A stretch of 64,000 bases of DNA from Pyrodictiaceae archaeon (GTDB lineage Archaea > Thermoproteota > Thermoprotei_A > Sulfolobales > WAQK01), in NCBI GenBank assembly GCA_015520265.1, contig WAQK01000030.1:134-64133 (forward strand), read 5' to 3'. Within the stretch, counting starts at the first letter, position 1. Each line of letters starts with the position of its first letter. Below are positions 28,061 through 38,200 of this stretch, piece after piece. Below the pieces are notes generated by a model. That model saw only the letters and a list, made by a program, of their open reading frames with translations. It was not told the DNA's origin and ran no database searches. A program made the translations under genes and the position numbers.

Positions 28061-29121
28061 GCGGTTATCCTCCTGATTATGCCGCGGAACCTGGAGTATA
28101 GTGAGTAGTCGATGTAGATCTTCCTCCTGATGTAGTCCTCCACCGTGGGCGCCAGCGGCTTCTTCTCCTCGATCTTGTCGGTCACCACTAGACTGTAGGC
28201 GTCGCTGCCAGCGCCGCTGCCGAAGGGTGCGACCAATATCCTCTGGCCCGGCCTGGCCTGGTCCAGGACCTTTGCAAGACCTATGAAGGCGGAGCCGTTG
28301 TAGGTGTTACCTATCCAGGGGGTTACGAGGCCCGGCATGACCTTCTCCTTTGGGAAGCCCAGCTTTTTGCCCACCCTGAGGGGGAACTTGCCGTTGGGCT
28401 GGTGGAAGACTGCGTAGTCGAAGTCCTCGGGACCCAAGCCTAGTTCCTCGAAGAGGCCCTTCACAGCGCTGATGATGTGGTGGAAATAGGCTGGTTCGCC
28501 GGTGAAGCCCTCGCCGTGGAGGGGGTAGGGGCTCAGGCCTCTGCGCCAGAAGTCGGGGGTGTCGGTGACGTAGGTGTATGATCCCTCGAAGTAGGCTACG
28601 CTCTCCTCCCGGGGCCCTACTATGAAGGCGGCTGCCCCAGAGGAGGCTGTGAACTCCAGCACGTCCCCGGGGTTGGCCTGGGCCGTGTCAGAGCCTATAG
28701 CCATGGCATACTTCATCATGCCCGAGGAGACGAGGCCTATGCTGGCCCTTAGCCCCTCGCTCCCGGCCCTGCAGGCGAACTCTAGGTCGGAGGCCATGGT
28801 GACCGGCGTTATGCCGAGGGCCTCGGCTATCACCGTGGCGCTGGGCTTTACCGCGTAGGGCTTGGACTCAGTGCCGAAGAAGACGGCCTTGATCTCGGCT
28901 GGGTCTACTTGGGCCCTCATGAGGGCATTCCTGGCGGCCTCCCAGCCTATGGTCAGCGCGTCCTCGTCGGGCCCGCCGACGGCCTTCTCGATGATGAACA
29001 GGTTTTGGGGCATGGATTTCTCGAAGCCCCAGACCCTGACAACCTCCTCGGCCTTCAACCTGTACCGGGGGACGTACGCTCCCCAGCCAACTATACCTGT
29101 CTTGGACTCGGGCCTCGTCAT
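28057..29121 (-). CDS. hydroxymethylglutaryl-CoA synthase
   Basis: 354 aa. N-terminus [13 protein letters not shown], catalytic Cys region [12 protein letters not shown], and HQPNGKFP. It overlaps the thiolase gene by 4 nt. Confidence 0.9.
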   Translation of the reverse strand: MTRPESKTGIVGWGAYVPRYRLKAEEVVRVWGFEKSMPQNLFIIEKAVGGPDEDALTIGWEAARNALMRAQVDPAEIKAVFFGTESKPYAVKPSATVIAEALGITPVTMASDLEFACRAGSEGLRASIGLVSSGMMKYAMAIGSDTAQANPGDVLEFTASSGAAAFIVGPREESVAYFEGSYTYVTDTPDFWRRGLSPYPLHGEGFTGEPAYFHHIISAVKGLFEELGLGPEDFDYAVFHQPNGKFPLRVGKKLGFPKEKVMPGLVTPWIGNTYNGSAFIGLAKVLDQARPGQRILVAPFGSGAGSDAYSLVVTDKIEEKKPLAPTVEDYIRRKIYIDYSLYSRFRGIIRRITA

Positions 29122-29254
29122 AGCTATGCGCCTCGGACTACACCCCCTACTGGCTGTTCCGCAAAATAAATTTAACCGCTGTCTAAATATGCTTAAGACA
29201 ATTGTCTTACCCGATGCTTATTAGAGCCTCGCCACGATCCCCTAGCGAGGACCC

Positions 29255-29899
29255 ATGACAATCCTATCCATGGGCATACCCTCGAAGAGGAGCGGCGTGT
29301 ACTGGATACCCTTCTACAACATCGTGCTCGATAGTGGCAAGATGTTCAGCGTAGACGCCTACTTCCTAGGCTCACTCCACTTCATGAACCGGGGCCTGCT
29401 GGCCAGGAGGTTCGAGGATAAGCTGGCCAGCAACCTGGAGGTGTCGGCCGACGATAGGGTGCTTCAACCCCTAGTTGAGCCTCAGAGGGCTGTGGACCTC
29501 CTCTACGATGGGTACCTGAGAACGCTGGAGATGTACGAGGATCTCTACAGCCAGGTCAAAGACAAGATGAAGGCGTCGCCGCTGGGCTTCGTCAAGGCCC
29601 TTTTCCTGGGCTTCAAGGCCTTCGCCAAGGATGTGCCGGAGGCCGAGATGGTGGGGAAGCTGAGGGCAGCCCTCATACTCTACGAGGAGCTTCTTGGGAA
29701 CTGGAGGGGCAGTGCGCCCCAGGTTAGGAGCCACGAGTTATTCTGGAAGCCCTACCTCATAGTCGAGGAGCAGGGTGGGTTGACCTTCCTTGACGCGTCG
29801 ACGGAGGCCCCGAGGAAGGACAAGTTCTACACGGGCCTCTACGAGATGGATGAAGGCATGAAGGAAGCTGTAGGGCGCCTCATATTAGGGCTTGCATGA
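29255..29899 (+). CDS. hypothetical protein
   Basis: 214-aa ORF with ordinary amino-acid composition. The antisense ORF is Arg/Pro/Leu-biased. No motif recognised. Confidence 0.4.
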   Translation: MTILSMGIPSKRSGVYWIPFYNIVLDSGKMFSVDAYFLGSLHFMNRGLLARRFEDKLASNLEVSADDRVLQPLVEPQRAVDLLYDGYLRTLEMYEDLYSQVKDKMKASPLGFVKALFLGFKAFAKDVPEAEMVGKLRAALILYEELLGNWRGSAPQVRSHELFWKPYLIVEEQGGLTFLDASTEAPRKDKFYTGLYEMDEGMKEAVGRLILGLA

Positions 29900-30104
29900 G
29901 GCTTGGCAGAAAACCCTTGGATTACGGCTTTTATTTCCGCCTTTAGAGGCTCTAAGTGTGCGCTCCCGCCGCGTAGATGGGCCTGCAGGGCGGTGGGTGC
30001 GACGCTCCGAGTCCGAGAAACGGGTTGTAGGCGGAGCCTATGGAGCCGAGGCGAATTACCAGTTGAAGTTATGGTAGGGAGGCGGTGCTAAAAACGGGTC
30101 TATT

Positions 30105-31229
30105 TCAGAGGCCAGCGCTCTGTCTAACCTTGTCGTACAGCCAACAGGCCACATAGTGGTCCTCCTCGACCTCGACGAGGGGCGGCACATGGACCGGGCA
30201 GAGGTTCTCCAGTGAAGCTTTTTCAGCCTCGTAGGGCAGGCATCTGGGGTGGAAGCGGCAGCCGGGCGGTATTAGTACGGCGCTGGGCACCTCTCCCTTG
30301 ATGGGCACCTCCCTGAGCTTAGCCTTGTTGGAGGGATCAGGCTCGGGGATCGCGGCTATCAGGGCTTTGGTGTAGGGGTGTAGCGGGTTCTCTATGAGCT
30401 CCGTAGCCTTGGCTATCTCCACTATCTTGCCCAGGTACATGACGGCGATCCTGTCGCAGATGTACCTCGCGACGGCCAGGTCATGGGTGATGAATACGTA
30501 GGTCAGGTTCCTCGATTGTTTCAGCTCCATCATTAGTTCGAGGATCTCGGCCCTGATGGATACGTCGAGCATCGAGACCGGCTCGTCGGCGACTATGAGC
30601 TGGGGGTTTAGCATCATCGCTCTGGCTACAGCGACTCTCTGTCTCTGGCCTCCGCTTAGCTGGTGGGGGAATCTGTTCATGAAGTCCTCGGGGGGTATCA
30701 GCTTCACCGACTCCAGGGCCTTTATGACTTGTTCCTCCCTTTCGTCGGGGGTCTCGCCGACGCCGTGGACTAGTAGGGGCTCCTCGAGGATCTCCTTGAT
30801 CTTGAATCTGGGGTTCAGGCTTCCGAAGGGGTCCTGGTATATCATCTGGAGCTCGCGGCGCAGTGGCTTCATCTTCTTGGGGGGGACAGCGGCTATGTCT
30901 ACGATCTCGCCGTCGATGACGTCTACTCCCATGGCCTCCAGCTCGGCTATGGTTTCCTTGGCCGGCTTGTAGTAGACGTGTCCGGCGTAGATGTCGACAA
31001 GCCTGAGGATGGCCTTGCCCGTAGTGGTCTTACCGCAGCCCGACTCCCCTACGAGGCAGAATGTTTCGCCACGCCGTATTTCGAAGTCTATGCCGTCGAC
31101 CGCGTGGACGTAGCGCCGCGGCTTCCTCCTTATAACATCGACGATGCTTCGTCTCAGCGGGAACCACACGGTGAGGTTCTCGACTTTGAGCACGGTATCG
31201 GGGGACATGTGTGCGGACATGGGTATCAC
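30105..31229 (-). CDS. oligopeptide/dipeptide ABC transporter ATP-binding protein (OppF/DppF-like)
   Basis: Walker [10 protein letters not shown], signature [14 protein letters not shown], Walker B IVADEP, and the C-terminal oligopeptide-transporter extension with a Cys cluster ([10 protein letters not shown]). Confidence 0.9.
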   Translation of the reverse strand: MIPMSAHMSPDTVLKVENLTVWFPLRRSIVDVIRRKPRRYVHAVDGIDFEIRRGETFCLVGESGCGKTTTGKAILRLVDIYAGHVYYKPAKETIAELEAMGVDVIDGEIVDIAAVPPKKMKPLRRELQMIYQDPFGSLNPRFKIKEILEEPLLVHGVGETPDEREEQVIKALESVKLIPPEDFMNRFPHQLSGGQRQRVAVARAMMLNPQLIVADEPVSMLDVSIRAEILELMMELKQSRNLTYVFITHDLAVARYICDRIAVMYLGKIVEIAKATELIENPLHPYTKALIAAIPEPDPSNKAKLREVPIKGEVPSAVLIPPGCRFHPRCLPYEAEKASLENLCPVHVPPLVEVEEDHYVACWLYDKVRQSAGL

Positions 31230-32206
31230 CTCTTGGAGTGTAGCCAGCAGGCTACGTAGTGGTCTTTACCAACTTCCACCATCTCGGGTTCCTCCCTCAT
31301 GCAGACGTCCATGGCGTAGGGGCATCTCGGGTAGAAGCGGCAGCCGGGCGGCGGCGACATCAGGTCGGGCGGTGTTCCAGGTATGTAGGCCAGCTTGTCT
31401 ATGGGGCCTCTCAGCCTTGGGATGGCTTTGAGGAGGAGCTGGGTGTATGGGTGCTGGGGGTTGTTGAAGATCTCCGAGGACGGCCCTATCTCCACTATCT
31501 TGCCAGCATACATTATGGCCACCTTGTCGGCCAGCTCGGCGATGATGCTGAGGTCGTGGGTGATCAGTATGATGGAGCGCTTCTTCTTCCACTGGAGCTC
31601 CTTCATCAGGTTCAGGATCTGCGCCTGCACGACGACGTCCAGAGCGGTTGTGGGCTCGTCTGCTATCACTATGTCGGGGTCTAGGGCTAGAGCCATGGCT
31701 ATGACTACCCTCTGCTTCTGGCCTCCGCTGAGCTCGTGGGGGTACCTCATGGCTATGGTGTCGTCTAGGCCTACCATGTTGAGGAGCTCTACAACCCTGT
31801 TCATGGCCTCTTCCTTGGTCATACCGGCGTGGAGGATGAGGGGCTCCGCTATCTGGTCGCCGACCCTGTGGACCGGTGTAAGGGCATTCATGGCTCCCTG
31901 GAACACCATGCTTATCTTGCGCCACCGGACCTTGGATCTGAGCTCCTCCTCGGCCATGTTGGCTATGTCGTAGGTTTCCCCAGCCTCGTCGTCGTGGAGG
32001 TAGATGTGGCCGCCAGCTATCCTGCCCGGAGAGGGCGGCATGCCCAGGAGGCTCCAGGCCACTGTGGACTTGCCACAGCCGCTCTCCCCGGCGAGGCCGA
32101 GAACTTCTCCCTTCTCCAGCGTGAAGCTTACGTCGTCGACGGCCTTGACCACTCCTCTGAGCGTGTAGTAGTATGTTTTCAGGTTCTTAACCTCGAGCAG
32201 GGGCAT
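31226..32206 (-). CDS. oligopeptide/dipeptide ABC transporter ATP-binding protein (OppD/DppD-like)
   Basis: Walker A GESGCGKST, signature LSGGQKQRVVIAMAL, Walker B IIADEPTTALD and C-terminal PPGCRFYPRCPYAMDVC. It overlaps the OppF-like gene by 4 nt. Confidence 0.9.
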   Translation of the reverse strand: MPLLEVKNLKTYYYTLRGVVKAVDDVSFTLEKGEVLGLAGESGCGKSTVAWSLLGMPPSPGRIAGGHIYLHDDEAGETYDIANMAEEELRSKVRWRKISMVFQGAMNALTPVHRVGDQIAEPLILHAGMTKEEAMNRVVELLNMVGLDDTIAMRYPHELSGGQKQRVVIAMALALDPDIVIADEPTTALDVVVQAQILNLMKELQWKKKRSIILITHDLSIIAELADKVAIMYAGKIVEIGPSSEIFNNPQHPYTQLLLKAIPRLRGPIDKLAYIPGTPPDLMSPPPGCRFYPRCPYAMDVCMREEPEMVEVGKDHYVACWLHSKR

Positions 32207-32216
32207 GTTTCACACC

Positions 32217-33665
32217 TCAAGCCCTCCTTCTCAGCCTGGGCTCGACTATGGTCTCTATGGCCATGCCTAGAAGCACGAAGGTGAGGGACATTAGGGACAG
32301 CAGGATGCCGGGTGGCATTATCCACCACCAGTACCATCCTGTGCCTCCGGCTTCGGCGATGGCGCTTCTCGCGTCGGCCAGTATCTTACCCCAGGTGGGC
32401 CACCCGTGCTCCAGGCCTATGACGCTGAGGCCAGCCTCGGCCAGCACTGCGCCGGGCACCGAGAATACCAGGGTGGCCATGGCGTATGGCAGAACCTGTG
32501 GCAGAATGTGGCGGAAGATTATTCTCCTGTTGCCGGCGCCGACGGCTCTGGCAGCCTCTATGTAGAGCTCCGACTTGATGCTGAGGGTCATGGACCTGAT
32601 GATTATGGCTAGGCCTCCCCAGCCGAACACTATTAGGACCAGCATGATCACCGTCAGCCTCTGCTCCACAGGGGTGATGTTGACTAGAAGTATCAGGAAT
32701 GGTAGCAGGGGCACATTGCCCATAACATCGATTATCCTCTGAAGAACCTCGTCTATCCAGCCGCCATAGTAGCCGCTAACTATGCCGACAAGCACGCCTA
32801 TAGCGGTAGCAGCAACCGCCGTTACGAGGCCTACAGCGAGGGCCACGGGAAAGCCGTAGAGCAGTCCCTCGGCAAGATCTCTACCAGTAGTATCTGTCCC
32901 CATGAGGCCATATATGTTGCCTACAACTACTATGCGCACATCCTCGGCTGGTAGCTCGCCTTGAGCAAGCTGGCCCTGCCCATACCTGATTTTAAGGATA
33001 ATGGTGTATGTTCCCTTGAAGGGTTGGTACTCCTCCCTTGTCTCGTTGACGAGCCGGCCGAAGAGGGCTCTTATCTCGTTGCCGGTGCTTACGGTTACAC
33101 CGTATATCTTGACGTATTCAGTCTTGATTATATTGGAGTCTATCTCCAGGTAGTAGGGCTCATCCACATACTTGATCGTCTCATTGGCCTCCGTCCTGAT
33201 AACGCTCTGCCCCACCTTTAATGTAACATTGTCAGGCCTCGTAACGTAAAGTTCCAGCACAGCGAATTTTTGCCCTTTATATCCCGGTATTTCAGGGAAT
33301 CTGAGCCCCTTTATCCCTACAACGATCCTCTGCGGATAGTCGTTAACGTCGAGCACATATGTTGTCTCATACACGAAGGTTCGGCCCTGCTGCGCGTTGG
33401 ACGGCTCGCTGAGATGCGTGTCGAAGTGGGGAGCGAGTTTTACGCCGAAAAACGACACCCATGAGGGGGGCGCGGCCTGGGGATTAGTTCTCCAGTACCT
33501 CGCGTCAGTCCATATGGTTCTATAGTTGGTTGGCATCACTATCAACGCGTAGAGCGATGTGGCTATGAATATCACCAGTAGCACTAGACCCACTTTTCCC
33601 GAGGTGTAGCTCCAGAGTTCGCGAAAGGATTTCCTCATATTCGCCATGAATTCTTCCAGCTTCAT
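32217..33665 (-). CDS. Opp/Dpp-type ABC permease (OppC/DppC-like) with a large extracytoplasmic insertion
   Basis: 482 aa. The C-terminal roughly 220 aa are a normal OppC core (GTDTTGRDL, EAARAVGAGNRRIIFRHILP). About 200 aa of beta-rich sequence are inserted after TM1. Confidence 0.85.
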   Translation of the reverse strand: MKLEEFMANMRKSFRELWSYTSGKVGLVLLVIFIATSLYALIVMPTNYRTIWTDARYWRTNPQAAPPSWVSFFGVKLAPHFDTHLSEPSNAQQGRTFVYETTYVLDVNDYPQRIVVGIKGLRFPEIPGYKGQKFAVLELYVTRPDNVTLKVGQSVIRTEANETIKYVDEPYYLEIDSNIIKTEYVKIYGVTVSTGNEIRALFGRLVNETREEYQPFKGTYTIILKIRYGQGQLAQGELPAEDVRIVVVGNIYGLMGTDTTGRDLAEGLLYGFPVALAVGLVTAVAATAIGVLVGIVSGYYGGWIDEVLQRIIDVMGNVPLLPFLILLVNITPVEQRLTVIMLVLIVFGWGGLAIIIRSMTLSIKSELYIEAARAVGAGNRRIIFRHILPQVLPYAMATLVFSVPGAVLAEAGLSVIGLEHGWPTWGKILADARSAIAEAGGTGWYWWWIMPPGILLSLMSLTFVLLGMAIETIVEPRLRRRA

Positions 33666-35146
33666 CCATACCTCACCCTGGGGTCAAGCAGTACATAGAG
33701 TACCTCTAGAATGAACCTAGCAATTATGTAGACCATGGTTAAAACGTAGGTCAGGCCCAGAATGGTGGGCACATCGCTTTCAAGGATTGCGGCATAGTAT
33801 AGTGAGCCCATTCCAGGCCAGTCGAAGACGGACTCGGTGATTATGTAGCCTCCAATGGAGCTGGCAAGGGCCAGTATAACGGAGGTTATAACAGGGGGTG
33901 CAGCTGTACGTAGCACGTGTTTCCTCTGTATAAGCCGTTCGGGCAGGCCCTTCGCTTTTGCAACTGTTACGAAGTCCTCCCTCACTACCCTGAGAAGCAT
34001 TGCTCTGACAGAGTAGAGCCAGCTTCCGAGCACCGTTATTATTATGGTTACGATGGGCAGCGTGGCATACCATAATATGTCTCTAAGATTGCCCAGGGGA
34101 TCTTCGTTGAACTTCTTGAGGGCCGAGATGACGCCTCTGTAATTTGTCGGGAATATGCCGAGTTCGTAGCCAAAGAAGAATATGAACACCATGCCCAGCC
34201 ACCATATCGGGATGGCGTTGGTGAGGGCCGCGTATGACACCGTCATCCTGTCTGCTAGGCTCCCATGCTTGTAGGCGATGTATGGTCCTAGGATAAGGGC
34301 TATAGCGGCGCACACGGCCTGGGCTATGGTGATCATCACGATCGTTCTTGGAAGGGCCAGTTTTATGGCCTCAGCCACGGACAGGGGTTTTGGCTTGCCC
34401 GCGACGTTAGCTACCTCGTCGCCCGTCACGTCGCCCAGGTCGAGCTTCAACGTGTTGATTGCTAGAGGGAGCATCCTGACATACCAGGGCTCGTCGAGCT
34501 TATAGGTCGCCCTCCTCTCCTGCCTGTACTCCTCGACGAGCCTGTCCACCTCGGCCTGGATTATGGCGTTGAAGCTGTTAGCGATGGCCTCTAGGTCGCT
34601 GTTAATACCTATGATCACGGCAGTTATCTTGGCGTCGTCCTGGGCCTGGATAGCCGCTTCTAGCTCGGGTATCCGCTGTTCCAGAATCTTGGTAGCAGTA
34701 GTGTTGATCTTCTGGGCGTTTGTCTTCAGCCTGTTCTTGGCGGCCTGCTCCCAGTCGGCTCTGGGCTTTATGGTTTCTGCGAACTCCAGTATCTCGATGG
34801 CCTTCTGCTTCGCTGTCTCGGCGCTGGTCCTCACGAGATTAACATAGGCCTGGGGGTCGAAGTTGGCCAAGTTTTGCTCTAAGAGCCTAGCGGTCTCCGC
34901 CCGCACTGGGTCGAGAGATGTTATGCCGTCGAGGGCGCTTTTACCAGCAGGGCTGGGTGGTGCACGGCGCTGCTGGAGCCCCATCCTATAGGCCCTAACC
35001 TCCTCGTCGATCTTGGCTTCCCAGATCATCTTGTCATACCCGGTGGCTCCCATAATGACGGTGGTCAGGAAGACCACTATGACAAGTGTTATTGATAACA
35101 TGACGGCTCTTCGTGCTAGTATCGTGCCAAGGCCCACATGGTACAC
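33662..35146 (-). CDS. Opp/Dpp-type ABC permease (OppB/DppB-like) with a large helical extracytoplasmic insertion
   Basis: 494 aa with a GTG start. It has an OppB-like core (VAKAKGLPERLIQRKHVLR). About 200 aa of helical, Ala/Glu/Lys-rich sequence lie between TM1 and TM2. Confidence 0.85.
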   Translation of the reverse strand: MYHVGLGTILARRAVMLSITLVIVVFLTTVIMGATGYDKMIWEAKIDEEVRAYRMGLQQRRAPPSPAGKSALDGITSLDPVRAETARLLEQNLANFDPQAYVNLVRTSAETAKQKAIEILEFAETIKPRADWEQAAKNRLKTNAQKINTTATKILEQRIPELEAAIQAQDDAKITAVIIGINSDLEAIANSFNAIIQAEVDRLVEEYRQERRATYKLDEPWYVRMLPLAINTLKLDLGDVTGDEVANVAGKPKPLSVAEAIKLALPRTIVMITIAQAVCAAIALILGPYIAYKHGSLADRMTVSYAALTNAIPIWWLGMVFIFFFGYELGIFPTNYRGVISALKKFNEDPLGNLRDILWYATLPIVTIIITVLGSWLYSVRAMLLRVVREDFVTVAKAKGLPERLIQRKHVLRTAAPPVITSVILALASSIGGYIITESVFDWPGMGSLYYAAILESDVPTILGLTYVLTMVYIIARFILEVLYVLLDPRVRYG

Positions 35147-35210
35147 CTCCTACAATTATCCGTCTGAGTCCTACTAGAAATCACGTATAGAGCCCTTTAA
35201 ATTTCTCCCC

Positions 35211-35218
35211 TTTATAAA
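35211..35218 (-). promoter_or_regulatory. candidate TATA box (TTTATAAA) for the permease/ATPase operon
   Basis: An A/T-rich palindromic octamer in the 131-nt gap between the SBP gene and the OppB-like gene, 65-72 nt upstream of the GTG at 35146. A second A/T box (ctttaaattt, 35195-35204) is closer to that start. Confidence 0.3.
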
Positions 35219-35256
35219 CAGAGTAGCAACGTTTCCTAAAATAAATCGAAATAGTT

Positions 35257-35270
35257 AAAAATGGAAAAAA
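35257..35270 (-). terminator. oligo-T tracts immediately downstream of the SBP gene (archaeal-type terminator)
   Basis: The minus strand reads caaaacTTTTTTccaTTTTT, starting 8 nt after the TAA stop at 35278-35280. Oligo-T runs are the known archaeal termination signal. Confidence 0.45.
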
Positions 35271-35277
35271 GTTTTGT

Positions 35278-38200
35278 TTAAGCCGCCCTCTTAAAGTAGA
35301 AGGTTAGACCCAGCAGCGCCAGCTGTAGCACCAGGATTACTGCTATTAGCATCTTCAGCGTGTTGAGCGCGTCGCTCACCTTCTTAGCGAAGGCGTCGAG
35401 GTTCTGTCCGAGGCTCTGTATGCCACTGTTAGCTGTGGTGACGTCCGTCTTCACGGTGTCCAGCGTGTCAGACACCGTGGTGACCTTGTTATCAACCGAC
35501 GCGATAGCGTTGCTAACCTGCTGTAGCGAGCTGGTGAACGTGTCGCCCAGCTGCTGGAACTGCTGTGCGATGGTGTTGCTCAGCTGCTGCTGGGCCGTGG
35601 TAAAGGTCTCACCCAGCTGTGCGATGGAGTCGCTTAGCTGCTGGAAGGATTGGGCCACGCTCTCGCCTAGGGCTTCCTGCACCTGCTGCAGCTGGCTCTG
35701 CAGCTGCTCTTGCAGGCTTGCCAGCTGCTCCTGGGTCTGCTGCTGCATCTGGTTCATCTGCTCCTGGAACTGCTCCTGGAGGCTTGCCAGCTGCTCCTGG
35801 GTCTGCTGCTGCATCTGGTTTAGCTGCTCCTGGAGGCGGGCCAGCGTGGTGGCGAAGGTAATGGTCACCAGGGTGGAGTACTCGTCAGGCATTGCTACCT
35901 GCTCGCTGTAGGCCAGCACTATCAGTTCATAGGTGACGCTGAACTCCGTCAGGCCAGCAGTGATCTCGCCAGGTATCACGGCCCTGAAGAGGCCTTCGCT
36001 GATCTCCTCGGCTTCACCGGTCACCAATATGTTGCCGGTAGCGGGATCCTTTAGGATGAACTTCACGTGTAGCGGCGGCAGACCGGTAACGGTCACGTTG
36101 ATGGGTATCGGGTCGCCAGGTGCCACCGTAGTTACAGCTTCAACGCTTATGATCTTGGTCAGTACAGGCTCACCGAAGTACCAGTCGCCGGGGCTGAACG
36201 GGTAAGTGGGGTCCCTGAAGGCCTCAAGGATCAGTTTCTGCTCATCGGTGTTCATGTATACCAGCTTGAAGGGGCCGTTGCTGATCCAGGCCAGTCCATA
36301 GGTGTCAATCCAGTTGATGAGGGCGTTGAGCCTCTCAACCCACTCGGTCTCGGTCATGAAGCTCTGTGTACCGATGGTGAACCAGTTGGCCGGGAACTGG
36401 GTCATTACCGCCTGCGCAGCGGCCTTCACGTCGGCCACGTGCTCAGGGATTATCAGGCTTAGCCAAGGTATCTGCTCCGACTCAGCCCTGGTCTCGCTGA
36501 GAGCATAGGTCTTGGCCTCGAACGCTAGGTAGAACTGCACGTACTGCAGCTCGGCGGGGTTGCTCATCCCGAAGAACGCGTAGCTGGCTATGTAGTTGGG
36601 GTCGAAGTGCCAGTAGTCTACGTAGATCTCGATCTTGTTCTGGTCAGGCAGTATTCTGATACCCTTGATGGTGTCCATGTAGGGTGCAAGAGGCCCAGCA
36701 ATAGAGGACTCTAGCTGGCTCTTCTCGGGGTCGTAGGCGATCTCGTAGCTGGTCACCCAGCTGGCCAGCACGTCGGCCCAAGTGATCTCGACGCCGTGGT
36801 GCCACTTGGCGCCGATGTACTTGCTCATGTCGAAGGTGACCTTGCTGGTCGCGGTCACGCCGGAGCCGACGGACACCCACTGGTCGTTCACAGCATCCCA
36901 CACGACGGCGTCACTGGGCACCTCAAGGGTCCCGGTGGGGCCAGCTGTCTCGACCTCGAAGTCGGCCCTGAAGGGTATGGGCTCACCGTTGAATGGGTGG
37001 AACCACATCATGTAGTCGTAGGTGGCCCTCATCGGGTCTACGCTGTACACGTCGTCGAAGCCGCCGAACGGGTTCCACACGCTGGTCGCGGTCCAGGCCC
37101 AGCGGTGGCCGACCTTGACGGTATCACTACCAGGAATGTATACTTCCCTGGTGAAGTACAGGCTCCTGAATCCGGCACCTAGGTCGACGGTAACACCCTG
37201 GACCTCGGCCCTGGCCGGGTATATGTTCTGGATTGTGGCTACCCAGACCCTCACGGACTCCTGTATTATCAGCTCGGTTGCCTGCCTGTAAAGTTCGACA
37301 TACTCGTCGAAGCTGTTGAACTTACCGAAGTAGATCTTCTGGCCTAGCTCGTCAATGGTCTCGTTCTTATAGTTCCAGTATTCAGGGTCGGCCCAGCCGG
37401 GTAGCCAGCCGAACCAGGGAGCGCCGAACTGGTTGATGGTGCCCATGTCCCACCTGTCGAGGGCTCCCTTACCCCAGCCCTCGGTGTAGATGTGCCACTG
37501 GAAGTCGGCGGGGTTGGTCAGGTAGACCTTCCTGATGGCGATGGCGAAGGTTACCTCCTGCTTCTCGATGGTGAAACCTATCCTCTCCAGCTCGTTGGCC
37601 AGCAGGAGGCCTATCTCGTGTCTCTCGTCCTCGATCCTGATGATGAATGTTAGCTTAATCGGCTGGTCAGCATAGTACCACTTGTCGCCGATCTTGTAGG
37701 CGCCAACAGCCTCAAGCACGCTGGTTATCATCTGCTCGGCGAGCCCAGGGTTATACTCGAACTTGTACTTGGCAACGATGTCAGCAATAATGGTGTAGGT
37801 GGGGTCGGCGGGTGCCAGGAAGGTGTACATGGGTATAGCATAGCCGTTGTAGATGTGGTCGGCTATAAACTTCCTGTCAACTAAGTAGTTAAGAGCGAAC
37901 CTTATCTGCCTGAACGCTAGAGGGTTGATACCATAGTCAGGATGGGCTCCCAGCTCCACGTAGGTGTTGCCATCCTCGGTATGGCTCAGATAGGTAATGG
38001 CAGCCTCGGGCACGCCCAGCTGGAGAGCGGCAAGCCTCTTGTCAAGCGTGCCCTCTAGTGTCGTTGTGTACACTGGCGCCGGGTTGAGGCCGAAGTCGAC
38101 AAGGCCAGCGGGAGCCGTGTAGAGCTTTATGCCGGGCTTACCGGCCAGCTCCTGCGCAGTTCTCGCCCTGATGCCGTAGACGTAGACATCTATTGCTCCA

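Noticed and set aside
35600-35900. Repetitive DNA in the SBP 3' region, considered as a possible CRISPR array or mobile-element repeat
   Set aside because: Only two copies are present at a 66-bp period. They are in-frame within a long ORF and encode a Gln-rich peptide repeat. There is no spacer/repeat architecture and there are no cas genes in the window.
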